Origin: Yuukianura sp. NJ FZ-2021
Taxonomy: Eukaryota
Length of the DNA: 64,000 nt
Assembly: GCA_046563655.1 (NCBI GenBank)
Contig: CM102286.1
Coordinates: 13,764,001-13,828,000 of the forward strand
Direction of reading: 5' to 3'
Made by a program: the position numbers and the translations under genes. The notes below the pieces were generated by a model that saw only the letters and a program-made list of their open reading frames with translations, ran no database searches and was not told the origin of the DNA. Of this stretch, positions 61,922 through 64,000 are shown one piece after another (within the stretch, counting starts at the first letter, position 1; every line of letters begins with the position of its first letter).

Positions 61922-64000
61922 TTACACCACTTTCCGTTTTTTCTCATCCGGTTCCTCTGAGTCATCATTGTTTTGAAAAATTGGTTTCGGTTGCGTCCTA
62001 AAAAAATAATCGAAGAATCGAATTAACTGGTGTATTTTCCAAAATTTTCGTGTCTTTACTTTTGATAAGCTGGAGTGATCCAGATTGGATTTTCTGCAGC
62101 GTCTTTGGCATATCGAAGAATCGCTTCTCTAGGATCCATGTCGTCCTTGACACTCTTGCTCATGCCCAAATTCCGAATAACATATGAGCTTAGTGTAGAT
62201 CCAGAAGTGCCAACTCTTCCAGCAGTTCCAGCCGTAATTGGTAGTTCCGGTCGCTTGGACTTGACAGGATCCATTCTGGGAGATAAAACATAATTTTACA
62301 TAATTAATTTAATTAATTTGTATTATATAATTAATAATTACCGAGCCTTAGCCTCTTCCCGCTTCTTGTTCCTCGGTCGATCTTGTTTGAACAGCGGAAG
62401 TGCATTTGGAGTGATGATGATCCTGTTTGTCTGATCTTCTACCATGTCATCCCGTCTTTGCTTCTTTGGTTTCTGACCGTGACAGAGAAGGGCTCCCCTG
62501 TGTGACTTCTGGAGATCGTAGAAGATTTTGAACGAACCGGAAGCAAAAGTGAAGAACATTTGATTGATACGATGATTCCAAGCAGCCCGGATGACAATGT
62601 CCTTTGGAAACTTGATGGTCGTGGATGGCTCCACGGTGAAGTTCTTCATTCGAAGGAATCTAAGCTCAGAGTACTTGATTTCTTCGTCTTTGTCTCTTCC
62701 AGTAGTTCCGCTCGGAAGACATGGAAGCAGTAAGTGTCTGTCGTCTGGACTAAAGGTGAGGTCAGTCCTGCAGTAAAAAGCAACATTCCTGTTAGAACTT
62801 TTTTTCTAACTTTTCAAAAAACTTTGGAGGGCTTAGAAGACGTTTTAGAACTTACGTGTTGTACTTGGCGGCGAAATCTCCTTCCTTGAAAATTGGTTTG
62901 GAGAGATTTCGGCTATCCCAGATATTGAGTACAGCATCTTCACCTCTCGACGCCACGAAGTTTCCAGAATAGGAAGTACAAATGGCAAAGATGTCAGTGT
63001 TTTTTGCATGTGCACTTTTAATTGTAGCTGTCGGAACAACAAGTTTCCGACGCGTGTCCCACATGTTGATGCAACCTGAAAACGAAATCAAAAACAAAGA
63101 TTTAGTTTTGAAGCGTTGAACAAGGTAGCAGTAGCTTGCTTACCATCCAATCCACCAGCATAAATCTGATTCCCATCTCTTCCGTAACAACAAGCTGTAG
63201 CAGGATTCTTCATTCCAGAAAGTCCACGAAGTTTGACACAAGTCTTGTGCTGTCGTGGATTGTTGACATCCCATAAGCGACAAGTTCTGAAAATCGTAAC
63301 AGTTAACATTAGACGACATTTCAAAATTAAGGTGTTTTTTTTAAGTGTCCGACGTTACCCATCGTCTGAAGCAGTAAGGAAAGTTTCTCTGCTTTTGGGA
63401 TTGAATTGACCTCCGGTCAACATTGCTACGTGACCTTTCGTTCGACCCATGTCAACAATGTACTGGTCTCCTTTGACACACTCAAGTATTTCGATGCCGT
63501 CTCTGTTGACAACTTTTGCCTGTTGGAGAGCACATTAGTCAGAAAAGCATCAAAAAGTAAAGTATCGTCAAAAGAATCTGACCTGACAGTTTCCGGAAAT
63601 GATCAGCAGGGCCTCTCCATTGTTTGAGTAACTCAAATTCTTAATTACATGGCTAAAACAAGGATAACATAACGATTAATCGATTAATGCTTAGCCTTGT
63701 TAACTAGTTAGTAAGTTGATTATTAGTAAGTTACCTTTCACATGGCTTCATAGCCCTAAAAGCATGACCGTTCTTGAGTCCAGTGAAATCCCACAGTTTG
63801 ACTTCGTAGTCCAGAGATCCAGTAGCGAAGCGAGTACCACTTGGATCCACAGCAAAAGCGGAAACTGGTTTGTCACTGTGCGATAAATTAGTCTTGAACT
63901 GAACAGGGAAGTTCGGTTTGTATGTTTCCTCATCGTCACTGGAGAAAAAATTTTCAATTTTCAATAGTTACGCAGCAAAAGCTCCGTATTTTCTCATAAG
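61922..64000 (-). CDS. WDR70: WD-repeat protein WDR70 / gastrulation defective-1 homolog; 5' end lies beyond the window
   Basis: DPSGTRFATGSLDYEVKLWDF, KGDQYIVDMGRTKGH, IIITPNALPLFK, DPVKSKRPELP, DPREAILRYA, WITPAYQKTQPKPIF. Confidence 0.93.

Overview
Gene-dense, AT-rich eukaryotic DNA with mostly short (about 60-100 nt) GT-AG introns, probably from a compact arthropod genome. This is inferred from gene content, intron style and TTAGG repeats; the species cannot be fixed from the sequence. Conserved genes in order: PSMC1/Rpt2 (partial), Sgf11/ATXN7L3, SETD3, IRF2BP, KCTD3/SHKBP1, DDX23, an Msxlx-type homeobox gene, DHTKD1, PTDSS1, TTBK/Asator, Sos, YY1/pho, JKAMP and WDR70 (partial). The most unusual structure is a nested element at 1.4-5.25 kb: a TA-flanked foldback/TIR element with 32-bp subterminal repeats. 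It carries about 16 copies of a 176-bp satellite and is interrupted by a 433-bp Transib-type MITE with CACAGTG (RSS-heptamer) ends and a 5-bp TSD. Also notable are two paralogous two-exon orphan genes with a PH-like profile and conserved 3' flanks, a decayed peptide-GPCR pseudogene, a 3-exon orphan gene, and an intronic palindromic MITE built from (GTGGTA)n and TTAGG repeats. All calls were made by eye with no database searches, so exon coordinates may be a few bases off.
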